Origin: Laetmonice hystrix
Lineage: Eukaryota
Direction: 5' to 3'
NCBI GenBank assembly: GCA_965235115.1
Contig: OZ249450.1
Coordinates: 4,464,001-4,528,000, forward strand
DNA length: 64,000 nt
Made by a program: the position numbers and the translations under genes
Notes under the pieces: generated by a model
What the model was told of the DNA's origin: nothing
The model's database searches: none
The model's input: only the letters and a program-made list of their open reading frames with translations
Shown: in pieces, positions 35,511-47,503 of the stretch
How the letters are laid out: each line of letters starts with the position of its first letter
How positions within the stretch are numbered: the first letter of the stretch is position 1

Positions 35511-38106
35511 CTTTGTATAGAGAAGTCGTTCACGTTTGTGAAGCGTGGCACGGTGCCGTTCTATACGTGTATACGGCTCAGCCTTTTGTTACTGCTCTCC
35601 ATCATCTCTGTATAGGCGCAGTCTGACGCCCCCCTTGACGCCTGAGAACTTTCCAAGGGGGGTGAGGTGGAGTTTCGGGCCGAGTCGAACCGGTGCCTCC
35701 TCACTCGACTGGGGCGGCGCTCCGTTGTATTTGCCAGAGGCAAGCGAGGCAAGCTCGCCAAATTCTCGATCCTAGGCAGCAATACTAATAGCGTGCACCA
35801 TGGCAGTGCACCCGGCCCAGTCTGACGAACAAGTGACCGCAGCATTGGGGATAATTCAGGCCGTACGCCGGCATGAGTGGAGGATGGTAAGTCGTGTCGA
35901 CTGACGCAGCAGACGACAATTGACCGTTACAATCCAGCGTTCTCTCTCCATGGAGACGCACGTGTGTGGCTGAACAACTTCTTCAAACGGATGTATACGC
36001 TTACAACAATAGGTTTGATCGTACGCACGGCAAGTCTGTGGGAGTGGTTGGTGTAGCACCTCAATGTGTCAGTTGGAGTGAGGGTTTCAATAACCATATA
36101 TCATTGTGTGTGGCTGTCAACGATGTGACTCCATGGAACAAGCTGTACGAAAGGAGCGCAAAAGCCGGCGCCGGCGACCAACGAAATGGCGTAAGTAATC
36201 GTATATATTATCATCTTATACATGCAGAATATATGCATGTCCGCTCCTGAACTTGCTCCCTATAGACTGACTATATATATTCTGTAATTACCGCCGTGTC
36301 AGTGATATTACGGTCGGTGATCTGATTTTGCTGAGTGCAAGTATTCAGAAAGGTTCTGGACTCTGTACCAACTTTGCCGCCGTCAAATCGCTCCTTTTAC
36401 CTATCGCTGCACAAACATACTTGTTTGCTTGGACTTTATGGCGTTAGTTTTTTCTCTTCATGTGCAAATATGAAGTCGGGTTCACAGCCTAATTCAAGTT
36501 TTATAGGCCTTTACCTTGTGGTCCTCCTCTGTATAACGTCAGCAGTGAAAGAGATGCCCTCACATTGTGTGCCAGTCTCATTCACGGGTTGACGTTTAAC
36601 CTCAGACAACAGGGTCGTAATAAGGTCGCGGCCAACCCACCTCGCACTATTGATTTTTAATTGACATAATTGGCATTATATTTTAATTGTCAGCCAACTT
36701 TGCATGCGTAGCAAGGCCAGTGAGCCTCGGTCCCTGAGCGGAGGTCGACTGTGTATAAATCCGCCGCGGGTCACAGCGATGGTATTTTTTTTGTCGGGAT
36801 GTAGGCCTGTAGATACATGTCTATGAGACTCGCCTGTGGTGACTTCAACTGCGGCTAGAAGATGATTGTCTCCCACTCGAGGGGACTTCGCTGTTGTATG
36901 GTTGTATAGCCTGAGCGCCGTTAGAATACATAGGCGCCATCCGTGAGGGGACAGTCCCTGTTGTATACAGTGATTGCCACAAGGTTAGATCATTACACGT
37001 GTCCACGCTGACGGTATCCTGCCCTCTTATAATAATGAGTTATTTCAACCATGTATTATATCGCCCACACCAGTCATACCATACAGTCGTGTGGCAGTTA
37101 GAGTTTACCAGATGCACATGTACAGTAGATATGTACCACACTGTACATATATCCGCATCGTTGTCATATCAGGTTAGGAATAGATATACACATCGACACA
37201 TGAGAGTTGACAGCTGACAATTATAGCTCATCCTGAATAGCCATCATGCCGTCGATGGTTGTTTTATTGGTTTCTCCAGTCGTCTTTGTCAACCAACCTC
37301 TTACAATACATGACGAACAGGTCATCGCCGGCCTCACAGGAACATTGTATATTATAATCTCTAGTTATGGAGGAGTACGGAGAACTAGGTTTGATGGATT
37401 ATCGCCTAGGGCCGGGCTGGGTCAATGGGTCTGGGGACAGGTCTGAGGACAGATAACAGGTCATGCTAATAGACGTGAGATGTCCTTAGGACGTACGGTA
37501 CGGGCAGGGGCGACCATGGTGGTTGTAGTGACAGAACAACTTGTTCACTACTACATGTTGAGTGGCGTGGGCTGTGTATTTCTCACAGCTCAATAACACA
37601 CATGTGTACTGTAGTGGTGTGGCCGCCCGTCTACCGGCCGCGATGTATACCCCCTCCGGCCAGGCACTGTATGTAGGCTAGCAAAGTGCACGAGCAGGCC
37701 ACTCAACCCCAATATACTTCATAACGTGTACGAACCAACCAACACGACAGAATCTTTCAGAGAGGGCATTCTCAATATGTTTGACGTTTCTTTATGGGGG
37801 AATATAATGATAAGTTATCAGGTTTTTGCATCTATTTTTTTTTGCTCTCGGTACAGCAAGTGTCACTGACACGTCGAGCATATCGGTGAAAGTGTAATGA
37901 TAAGGTAGAGACATTCACTGCATAAGGTTTCCAAATGATCTATGGCATTGCTCTTCCTCTACATGTACAGAGAGTATGGGTTCATCATCATTTACTGGGA
38001 TATCGCTATCCTACAGGTGGCACGTATATAGGAGGGGGAAGCACTCTATAGTAACTATACTCAGTCCATGGTTCCAATGGATCCACTGTGAATGCCATTG
38101 GGTTAC

Positions 38107-38388
38107 CAAGATAAGATAGATGTCCTGTCTCACTGACAGGTTCCATCAAACAAGTGTTCTGGCGTGGTCTGGTCACAATATATATCGTTTTACAATGGTA
38201 ATTCTATGTTTTGTCAAACAATATAATATGAATGGAATGGAATTTCAAACTATCAAGATAAGATAGATGTCCTGTCTGAGTGACAGGTTCCATCAAACAA
38301 GTGTTCTGGCGTGGTCTGGTCACAATATATCGTTTTATTATGGTAATTCTATGTTTTGTCAAACAATATAATATGAATGGAAATTTCA
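38107..38388. repeat. Tandem duplication of ~147 bp
   Basis: CAAGATAAGATAGATGTCCTGTCT...GAATGGAA at 38107 and again at 38254 with few differences. Confidence 0.92.
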
Positions 38389-39361
38389 GCGCAAGATTTA
38401 TGCCTATGGATTCATACGCGCATATCTTTCTTGTAATTGTATGAATATCTATGTATGTAGGTTATAGGTGGAATGTTGTTTGTACTGGAGTGTATACATA
38501 CGCTTTCATACATACTTGTACGATCATGCCTGTAACTTCTTGGACTGTCTAGTGTTAGACCCCATAGAAATCAATATCTAACCGCACCAAGCCTATATCT
38601 AAGGGAACGGTTGAAATCATAGCTTGGCTGTGATTGGAAGAGATCTGATCAAACTGTGATTGAGGCCAATTTATGTCCCATTACCCGGCCACACTCTTCT
38701 ATTCCAATTATAGATACTGAATGTAGTCTCGGCCGCACGAGAAAATAAATGAAGCGAGATAATGAAGTAATGAACTATATGCCCACATCTTCTTCTTTAA
38801 AAACTTAAAAAAAAGTAGGTTATAAATATAATTTTTCATTCTAAGCCATTTTTAGCCCCCAACCCGAAGGGGCGTGGGCTTCTAATTTCCCCTCCGTTGA
38901 GTGACCTTGTGAGGCGAATCAATTCAAGGTCAGGGACATTTTCGACGATTCATATCTCGAAAACACTTGAAGATATCCACATACTACAAAATGATGGATG
39001 AAGACGTCTATGAAGTTCCTTTGTGAGTCATGTATCACTGATGGGCAACAGGGCAACCTTTTCGCCAGAACACTGGGTCACAAAAATAGATCAGTTTAGA
39101 TGATATTATAGGTCAGTTAAAGACCCGATAGCGTAGTTGAAGTTGGATTAATGCCGTGTTTTATCAACCGTGGACAGGTGAATACATGTAATACATACAA
39201 ACCTCCCGCAGGGTATATTAACTCCTCACTGCTTGCACCATACCGTGTATTCTATTATGTCGTCGTCACCTGCTTCATACTGGGCGGCCCATGCGCAGGA
39301 TCATTTATAAAAACTCTTGCCAACATCTTGACGTGATGCTAGAGATATACCAGGCTCTGCC

Positions 39362-40814
39362 CTACTGGTTACCACCAACCTGTAGGTTACCACCAAACTA
39401 CGGGTTGCCGCTAAACTATACGGGTTATCACCAAACTACGGGTTACCACCAAACTATAGGTTACCACCAAACTACCGATTACCACCAAACTACCGGTTAC
39501 CACCAAACTACGGCTTACCACCAAACTACGGGTTGGCGCTAAACTATACGGGTTATCACCAAACTATTGGTTACCACCAAACTACGGGTTGGCGCTAAAC
39601 TATACGGGTTATCACCAAACTATTGGTTACCACCAAACTACGGGTTGGCGCTAAACTATACGTGTTACCACAAAACTACTGGTTACCACCAAACTATCGG
39701 TTACCACCAAACTATCGGTTACCACCAAACTACTGGTTACCACAAAACTACTGGTTACCACCAAACTATCGGTTACCACCAAACTATCGGTTACCACCAA
39801 ACTACGGGTTGGCGCTAAACTATCGGTTACCACCAAACTATCGGTTACCACCAAACTACCGGTTACCACCAAACTACTGGTTACCACCAAACTACTGGTT
39901 ACCACCAAACTATCGGTTACCACTAAACTACTGGTTACCACCAAACTACGGGTTACCACCAAACTACTGTTTACCACCAAACTACTGGTTACCACCAAAC
40001 TACTGGTTACCACCAAACTACTGTTTACCACCAAACTACTGGTTACCACCAAACTACTGGTTACCACCAAACTACGGGTTACCACCAAACTACGGGTTAC
40101 CACCAAACTACTGTTTACCACCAAACTACTGGTTACCACCAAACTACTGGTTACCACCAAACTACTGGTTACCACAAAACTACTGGTTACCACCAAACTA
40201 CCGGTTACCACCAAACTACTGTTTACCACCAAACTACGGGTTACCACCAAACTACTGGTTACCACCAAACTACGGGTTGCCGCTAAACTATACGTGTTAC
40301 CACCAAACTACTGGTTACCACCAAACTACTGGTTACCACCAAACTACGGGTTGCCGCTAAACTATCGGTTACCACCAAACTACTGTTTATCACCAAACTA
40401 CGGGTTGCCGCTAAACTATACGGGTTATTACCAAACTACTGGTTACCACCAAACTATCGGTTACCACCAAACTACCGGTTCCCAACAAACTACCGGTTCC
40501 CACCAAACTATCGGTTACCACCAAACTACCGGTTCCCACCAAACTATCGGTTACCACCAAACTACCGGTTCCCACCAAACTATCGGTTACCACCAAACTA
40601 CCGGTTCCCACCAAACCACCGGTTCCCACCAAACTACCGGTTCCCACCAAACTATCGGTTACCACCAAACTACCGGTTCCCACCAAACTATCGGTTACCA
40701 CCAAACTACCGGTTACCACCAAACTACCGGTTACCACCGAACTACCGGTTCCCACCAAACTATCGGTTACCACCAAACTACTGGTTACCACCAAACTATC
40801 GGTTACCACTAAAC
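39362..40814. repeat. Minisatellite, 18-bp unit x~80 with variant domains
   Basis: Unit GGTTACCACCAAACTACT. It produces the LPPNYW / VVTSSL / GYHQTT repetitive ORFs. Confidence 0.98.
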
Positions 40815-41199
40815 TTGAGTACAACCCCTCTTTCTTTTGCGATTTTGAGAATTAACACTTGCACTTCTCAATTTCTTGAATTTTATACTGTGACATGAAG
40901 GGTCCTTCCTGTCTGGATCTGGCCTTTGTGCCTATAAATCTTGGTGACAGAAATCCTGTAAATCCTGTATAAGTCAAATGTAAAAGTGATGTAAATGTAA
41001 CAACAAAGTTGATGATATGCAGAAGTTGCGGTGGTGGAGGAGGAGGGGGTTACAGTAAACATGTACTCTGTCCATGACCGTGGAGGACGCCTATACCGTC
41101 CATACACGACGGCTACTGGAGCTTGTCCTCCCAATCGTCGATTTCCCAGGAAAAAAACGCGAGATTTGGTTGAAAGAAAAGATCAATTGATAGCCCTGA

Positions 41200-41440
41200 C
41201 CTTATGCTTAACCTAACCCCGTTCTCTACTCCTCCTAAAAACATATCCCTATCCTATCCCTATCCCTATCCCTGACCTTAACCTTAACCCAACCCCCTAC
41301 CCAAAACTTTGTGGGGAAGATACCATGGGAGAATAACCGGGTCTAGGGGTTAGTGTTAGGGGCGGGCTACGGTTAGCGATAAGCTGTTGTAGACAGGTCT
41401 AAGGACCGGGTCTGGAGGTTAGGGTTCAAGGCAAGGCTAG
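41200..41440. repeat. CCCTAAC / GGGTTAG two-armed dispersed element copy (unclassified)
   Basis: C-rich left arm (cctaacccc, ccctatccc, ccttaacc), short core gtggggaagataccatggg, then G-rich right arm (ggggttagtgttagggg, gggttaggg). Confidence 0.4.
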
Positions 41441-41475
41441 GAATAGTGAAAGACCATTGCCGTTGGAGGATCCAC

Positions 41476-41566
41476 CCTGCTGTACACGGTTCAAAACGTG
41501 CCCAAGGCGTGGAGAGGTCGCAGTACTTGGACCCTATATGTAATCGCCAAAGGCGTCTATTAGGGT
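41476..41566 (-). CDS. Candidate internal exon (91 nt, phase 1/2)
   Basis: ttttgttgtcgtttatctaccag|. The only open frame is PNRRLWRLHIGSKYCDLSTPWARFEPCTA. The donor gtggat is weak. Phase fits the candidate at 42907-42993. Confidence 0.28.
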
Positions 41567-41677
41567 CTGGTAGATAAACGACAACAAAACGCGTTAAGAT
41601 TGGCCATTAACAAGATGGACGAGGAAACGAATAACACCGGCTGAAGGGGCCGCTGGGCGACGGGCCACCGTCCAAGT

Positions 41678-42155
41678 TTGTCCGCACCTGGGGCCGGTAC
41701 TGGCCGCTGGTCACTGCTGTCCGGCCGGTTGTCCTATCCTAACGCCTTGTCCGCGCCTTGTGCCGGTACTGGCCGCTGGTCACTGCTGTCCGGCCGGTTG
41801 TCCTATCCTAACGCCTTGTCCGCGCCTTGTGCCGGTACTGGCCGCTGGTCACTGCTGTCCGGCCGGTTGTCCTATCCTAACGCCTTGTCCGCGCCTTGGG
41901 CCGGTACTGGCCGCTGGTCACTGCTGTCCGGCCGGTTGTCCTATCCTAACGCCTTGTCCGCACCTTGGGCCGGTACTGGCCGCTGGTCACTGCTGTCCTA
42001 CCGGTTGTCCTATCCTAACGCCTTGTCCGCACCTTGGGCCGGTACTGGCCGCTGGTCACTGCTGTCCGGCCGGTTGTCCTATCCTAACGCCTTGTCCGCG
42101 CCTTGTGCCGGTATACTGGCCGCTGGTCACTGCTGTCCGGCCGGCCGTCCTATCC
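41678..42155. repeat. GC-rich minisatellite, 69-bp unit x~7
   Basis: TTGTCCGC starts at 41678 and 41747. Unit TTGTCCGCACCTTGGGCCGGTACTGGCCGCTGGTCACTGCTGTCCGGCCGGTTGTCCTATCCTAACGCC. Confidence 0.96.
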
Positions 42156-42906
42156 GGACGCCCTCAGTAACGACTGTCAAAAAGCACACCTCCAAAACGG
42201 TCATCTTTCAATAGAAGCCGTGAAGTTTGTGAATATTGTGAAAACGATGTGTAAAATTTAATAACGTGTATTGTTCTCTGACTCAAGTCTTTCGAAAATT
42301 CCACGAACTGTAGAGAGATTGGTGTTACACAGACCCGATATTTGCACTGGGGAGTCGGGCCTACTGCTGTTTTAGCTAAGAATTTAGCAATTTCGTCATT
42401 AATTATACTGCACACACTGACAACCTAATTGTAGGCCTATTTTTTAAAATCAACATTTATTCTGAGTAAGGACTTGGACAGGGCGAGCGCTGAAGCATGC
42501 CCCCGGGACAATTGTGAAATTTAATGTGCAATTTAGTGACATTTAGTGCATTGTGGAGCACAGAATGAGGTATTAAGTGAAATGTCAAAAGAGAGCGAAA
42601 AAAAGAAATAACAAAAAGAAGAGAGACAGGAAGAAAAAACCGACTCGAAGGGTGTGGCTAGCCCCCCCCCCCCCCCCAGCCCCCCCCCCCCCGATCCGCC
42701 CCATGACTAGGTAGGCCTTCGTGTACTCTCTATGTGAATGACCTCTGTGTGTCTGTGAATATCCAGATAAGAGATGTATAAGTAAATGTATCTAGTCACT
42801 GTGTAGGAGTGATTGATGTAAAGCTATAATCATACACCGACGTGATGGTCGTTAATGGCCCGGTAGGTGGCACCACTAACGATAATCTGACTGGACGGTG
42901 ACTTAC

Positions 42907-42993
42907 GGGGCCGACACCCCCCAGTCCATGGTGTCCAGCGGCGTCCCACCCGCTCCTGGTGTTCATTATCAGAGTCAGCGTTCCCCTCCCCAC
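42907..42993 (-). CDS. Candidate internal exon (87 nt, symmetric)
   Basis: gtctgtgtacag|...GGCCCC|gtaagt. Open as GEGNADSDNEHQERVGRRWTPWTGGCRP (phase 1) or VGRGTLTLIMNTRSGWDAAGHHGLGGVGP (phase 0). Confidence 0.3.
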
Positions 42994-43912
42994 CTGTACA
43001 CAGACCTCCATATCACGTCACCACCACTCACAGCGTCCGGCCACAACGAACGCCCGCGTCTCCTTAATGACCCATATCTATCACGTCAACTGGACAGTTA
43101 CTTGGGTCGATTCGACAACCGCTTGTAAAACCTGCTCCCGTTTGAGACATGAAGAGAAATGTTGGCCACCCTCGATTTGATGTTTGCTCCTCCGTAGCCA
43201 GTTCCCATGCCCCAGCGCACCGTCACACGAACCGTTTGGATAACACAATTTATTGGATTGTAGTAAGCCTTCCTAATGTGAGTTTTTTTATTGTCACGGA
43301 TAAGAATGCCTACCTCTGTCAGTTTTTGTTCACTCAGAAATCACTGACAATACCTTCGATTGTGTTCTGTGGTGGCCAGACCTTGTCTACGTACTACTCG
43401 CTTCATCTCTTGCCGCTAACGTAAATATTTTCCTGTCGGCAGCCTTGTTTTTTTTTCTCCCCGGGATAAAAAGAATTTGAATATTATTATGTCTCATTGC
43501 CCCAAGAGATCGGCTTGTTGGGATGTGTGAAACGATCGCTTTCTTGTGGGTTCGCTGAACAAAAATGATTTGCCAACCCAGTGTAATGGATAACGGATTG
43601 CGCCGGTGGCGGGAAGACCTCAATCATCAGTTTCAGGGCCGTAGCGAACAGAGGGGGAAGTTACCCCCTGGTCATTCTGAAAAAGTACCCTTTTTGACAA
43701 ACAGGTTCCCTTCTAAATTGATAGAAATATGTTCTTAATGACATATGCCCATCGGAACTGCCGCCAATCTTTGCCCTGTGGTACACGTCGAACTTATTAT
43801 CTCTCAACTAAAAACGACTTTCTGAAATGTGATCGAAAATAGTATAGCAACGGAATTATAATAATATAATATTAATATTATATGTGTGAATTATAAGTTT
43901 GGTGTTCTAGAT

Positions 43913-43969
43913 AGAAAGAAAGAAAGAAAGGAAAGAAAGCAAGGAAGAAAGAAAGAAAGAAAGAAAGAA
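43913..43969. repeat. (AAAG)n microsatellite, imperfect
   Basis: Read directly from the sequence. Confidence 0.9.
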
Positions 43970-45210
43970 CAAACTGTTTGTGAGGTGCCACATATAAGTT
44001 CATTTTTAGGACTGGCTGCCTTCAAATGGTCACGTGTCCACTAGCCAAAACGAGGGGGTAAATTACGGCGGGCAGTCGACGCCAATTTGGACAATATGTC
44101 CTGGATGTCGTGGTGGTTACTTGTAGATCTCCATCATGGCCGTCCCGTGTGTCAGGAACCCTTTGGGGTGAATCTGGTCGGGAATTAGGTCTGCTAGTCC
44201 GGGATTGGATGCTGATGAAACTAGATTTTCTTTTTTTGGTGTGTGAGTGTGGATGGGGGTTGGGGTGTCATTCATGGTTTATTGTTCGTATTACTATCGG
44301 TCAGAGAGCCGACATTCCGGCACTGTCTGATGTGTGTGGGCCGGCTGTGTGCCGGGCCGGTGGGAGGAGGGGGGGGGGGGGTCACCATTAGAGGTCGTAA
44401 GCCGTCCATGGTATTACAGTCACGACTGCCATAGACCCGTGTAAATACCAGACTTAGGGTTCGTACAGCGAGGTGACCGCAGACATAGCGATGTACAATA
44501 GTAGAAGGTAACTCGGGAGTTAGCTAACATGTCGGTTGTCAAAGAAATGGGTTTGTATACACCAAGGAAAGGGGCAGGCTAACGATTGAGTTGTGAGCAT
44601 CAGGTGTCCAGACACGTTCTATATACATACGGACCTACTCGTGCGGGTGAATACGGCACGGAGGGGACGAGTGGGGTGATGTTCAGGAGGACCTACCCAT
44701 TGCACCAACGTCAGGGGGACTATCCTTGAGGCCCTGGGCTCACAGCTCCTCGTTTAGTCCCATTAAGTCCTCTTGTACCTGTTTTATCAGTTTCCCAGTG
44801 GGAACCCCTCAATCTAAAGTCATGGATCCATCCATCAAGTGAAACGCTGGGTGATATTGTAACATAAAGACGAGGGGCCAAACAGCATGGCCACTTCTCA
44901 GTGGCGGGCCAGAACTGGTGGAGGCTGTCGTCAAACTCGTGAAGGATTCAATGAGAAACTTTTTATCCCAAGCAGTCTCCTGATGTGTTGTAAAGTCTGG
45001 CCCTATCATGTTCGTTACATCATTTCTATCAACGTCAATTCCAATTCAACCCGAGTAATTGTTTCTCATTTTCCTTTTTCTCACTCCTTTGTTGTTTTTT
45101 AATGGTAAATGATCTATGTTTGCCAAGATATTGATGAATATGACGACACTAGAATCATTTCTTGGCACCAAGGTTTTCTGGAAAGGACCGCATGGTGTAT
45201 AATATAGTAT

Positions 45211-46048
45211 TATGGTGTGACCATCATATCACAGCATGTAAATATATGGTGTGACCATCATATCACATGTAAATTTATGGTGTGACCATCATATCACATC
45301 ATGTAAATCTATGGTGTCACCATCATATCACATCATGTAAATTTATGGTGTGACCATCATATCACATGTAAATTTATGGTGTGACCATCATATCACATCA
45401 TGTAAATTTATGGTGTCACCATCATATCACAGCATGTAAATTTATGGTGTGACCATCATATCACAGCATGTAAATATATGGTGTGACCATCATATCACAG
45501 CATGTATATTTATGGTGTGACCATCAAATCACAGCATGTAAATTTATGGTGTGACCATCATATCACAGCATGTAAATTTATGGTGTGACCATCATATCAC
45601 ATCATGTAAATTTATGGTGTGACCATTATATCACATCATGTAAATTTATGGTGTGACCATCATATCACAGGATGTAAATTTATGGTGTGACCATCATATC
45701 ACATGTAAATTTATGGTGTGACCATTATATCACATCATGTAAATTTATGCTGTGACCATCATATCACAGCATGTAAATTTATGGTGTGACCATCATATCA
45801 CAGCATGTAAATTTATGGTGTGACCATCATATCACAGCATGTAAATTTATGGTGTGACCATCATATCACAGCATGTAAATTTATGGTGTGACCATCATAT
45901 CACAGCATGTAAATTTATGGTGTGACTATCATATCACATCATGTAAATTTATGGTGTGACCATCATATCACATCATGTAAATCTATGGTGTGACCATCAT
46001 ATCACATGTAAATTTATGGTGTGACCATCATATCACAGCATGTAAATT
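45211..46048. repeat. Minisatellite, 34/31-bp variants x~25
   Basis: Unit TATGGTGTGACCATCATATCACAGCATGTAAATT; some copies lack 3 bp. Confidence 0.97.
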
Positions 46049-47093
46049 ATGTCCTTATGGGACGGACGCGTGTGGTATGGAGGGGGATACTGGCGGCACT
46101 CCAATAATGTAATAAGAGACGAAAAGTGCTCCACTTGCGAAAAAACGTGTAAATAACATACTTGGAATATAATAGCGCGTAAAAAGATGCAAACAGTAAA
46201 TTATACCGGTTCGAAAAATACAACACTTTTTAGTCGCAATGATATTATGGGTTTTTTGCTTGTCTGAATGCAGCAATCTTCGAGAGAGAATTTTCTGTCA
46301 GTAAGTGGCAGACATATATCAATATCACCAAACCCTCATCTCAACTTACACTCCGTAAGGCACTTCTTTTATTCCTTACAGTTTGCCATTGTCATATTCA
46401 TGTATTGGCTCAAAGAAGAGAACAGAGGGGAGACTTGGCGTAAGATATGACGAAGTAATTCTGGAAGATTTAGAGTTAATAAGCTCTGTATGTCTGGTTC
46501 TGATAAGGCCGTTTGAAGTGGTGCTTTAGGGTTCCCAACTTGTGTTGCTGACAGATATGGATGTATGTCCTTTGAGGGAAACTGTTTATTATGTTCGTTT
46601 CTCCGGGGTGTTTTAGTCGGCTCTTTATCCAGCGATGCGGGCCACCTGAGGGTGAACTCTCATACCCCCTTACACCCTCTACCCGCCCCTCCTCCCATTC
46701 CACCAATCATTGTTTTTTACTTGTTTTCAACTTTCCATCCCAGCAAAACGTCTTGTTCTCCCTGTCTCCCTGTCTAAGATTGGAGGCGTACCCTATCAAC
46801 GACTCAGGATGTTCGGTAGAGCCGTCTGGTGGACGCTCCAGGAAGCAAGGAGTGGCCCCAGGCCTATGTATAATGTATACAGGTACCTTTCATGTCTGTT
46901 ACTGTTTGGCTGATAGTGTTATTGTTTGGCCAGTGGTGTGCATTAGGTAAGTGAAAAGTCATTTTTGAGAGAAGTGCAACAGAAACCGAGCTGAACGGCC
47001 ATACAAAGGATGATTTTAATCAGAAAACCTCTTAGAGTAATAGCAAGCCAGGAAGGTAAATAGTCATGCTACACGATGGGCAATTTTGGGGCG

Positions 47094-47162
47094 GACAGAC
47101 AGACGGACATGCCGACAGACAGACAGACAGACAGTCAGACAGACAGTCAGACAGACAGACAC
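47094..47162. repeat. (CAGA)n microsatellite, imperfect
   Basis: Read directly from the sequence. Confidence 0.9.
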
Positions 47163-47349
47163 AATAGCTTAAGACAGAGTTTTCATTCACGTCTGAGTAG
47201 TGGCAGAGAGACTCCTTCAACTACCGCTACGTGACTTCTCCATGTCTGGTATGTCCATCCTCTAGACGGAGCCAATCCTGCATACAGTATACATGTATTT
47301 ACTAATATATCCCTGTGTCCCCAGTAAATTCAAAGGGTGGGGGCCCTAC

Positions 47350-47503
47350 CATTGCATTGTGTGGTTCCTGACTTCTCTTGTTTGAACCCATTGAAGTAGA
47401 CTTGTACGCCATCGACTCAGACCGGATTGAGGAGTCACTGTCAGAAACTTTAACATGTTCCATCATTTCCCAGCAGACACGACCATGGGTTTGGTTGAGG
47501 CAG
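47350..47503 (-). CDS. Candidate internal exon (154 nt, phase 2/0), Ser-rich, unknown protein
   Basis: cttctgttcgcctacag|...GCAATG|gtaggg. The single open frame is CLNQTHGRVCWEMMEHVKVSDSDSSIRSESMAYKSTSMGSNKRSQEPHNAM. Confidence 0.42.

Noticed and set aside
35930-36142. In-frame TGA within a minus-strand open stretch (possible selenocysteine)
   Set aside because: No selenoprotein motif or SECIS was identifiable, and single stops between open stretches are expected by chance.
5593-36196. Set of plus-strand GTAAG donors (5593, 7365, 17977, 21371, 24486, 36191) as an antisense gene
   Set aside because: GTAAG is expected roughly once per kb per strand, most lack a good paired acceptor, and no coherent phase chain could be built. 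Not excluded without RNA data.
43634-43780. CAGGGCCGTAGC-started MITE, and similar single-ended fragments at 27761, 42478 and 56380-56521
   Set aside because: Only one convincing terminus each and no TSD, so boundaries cannot be supported.
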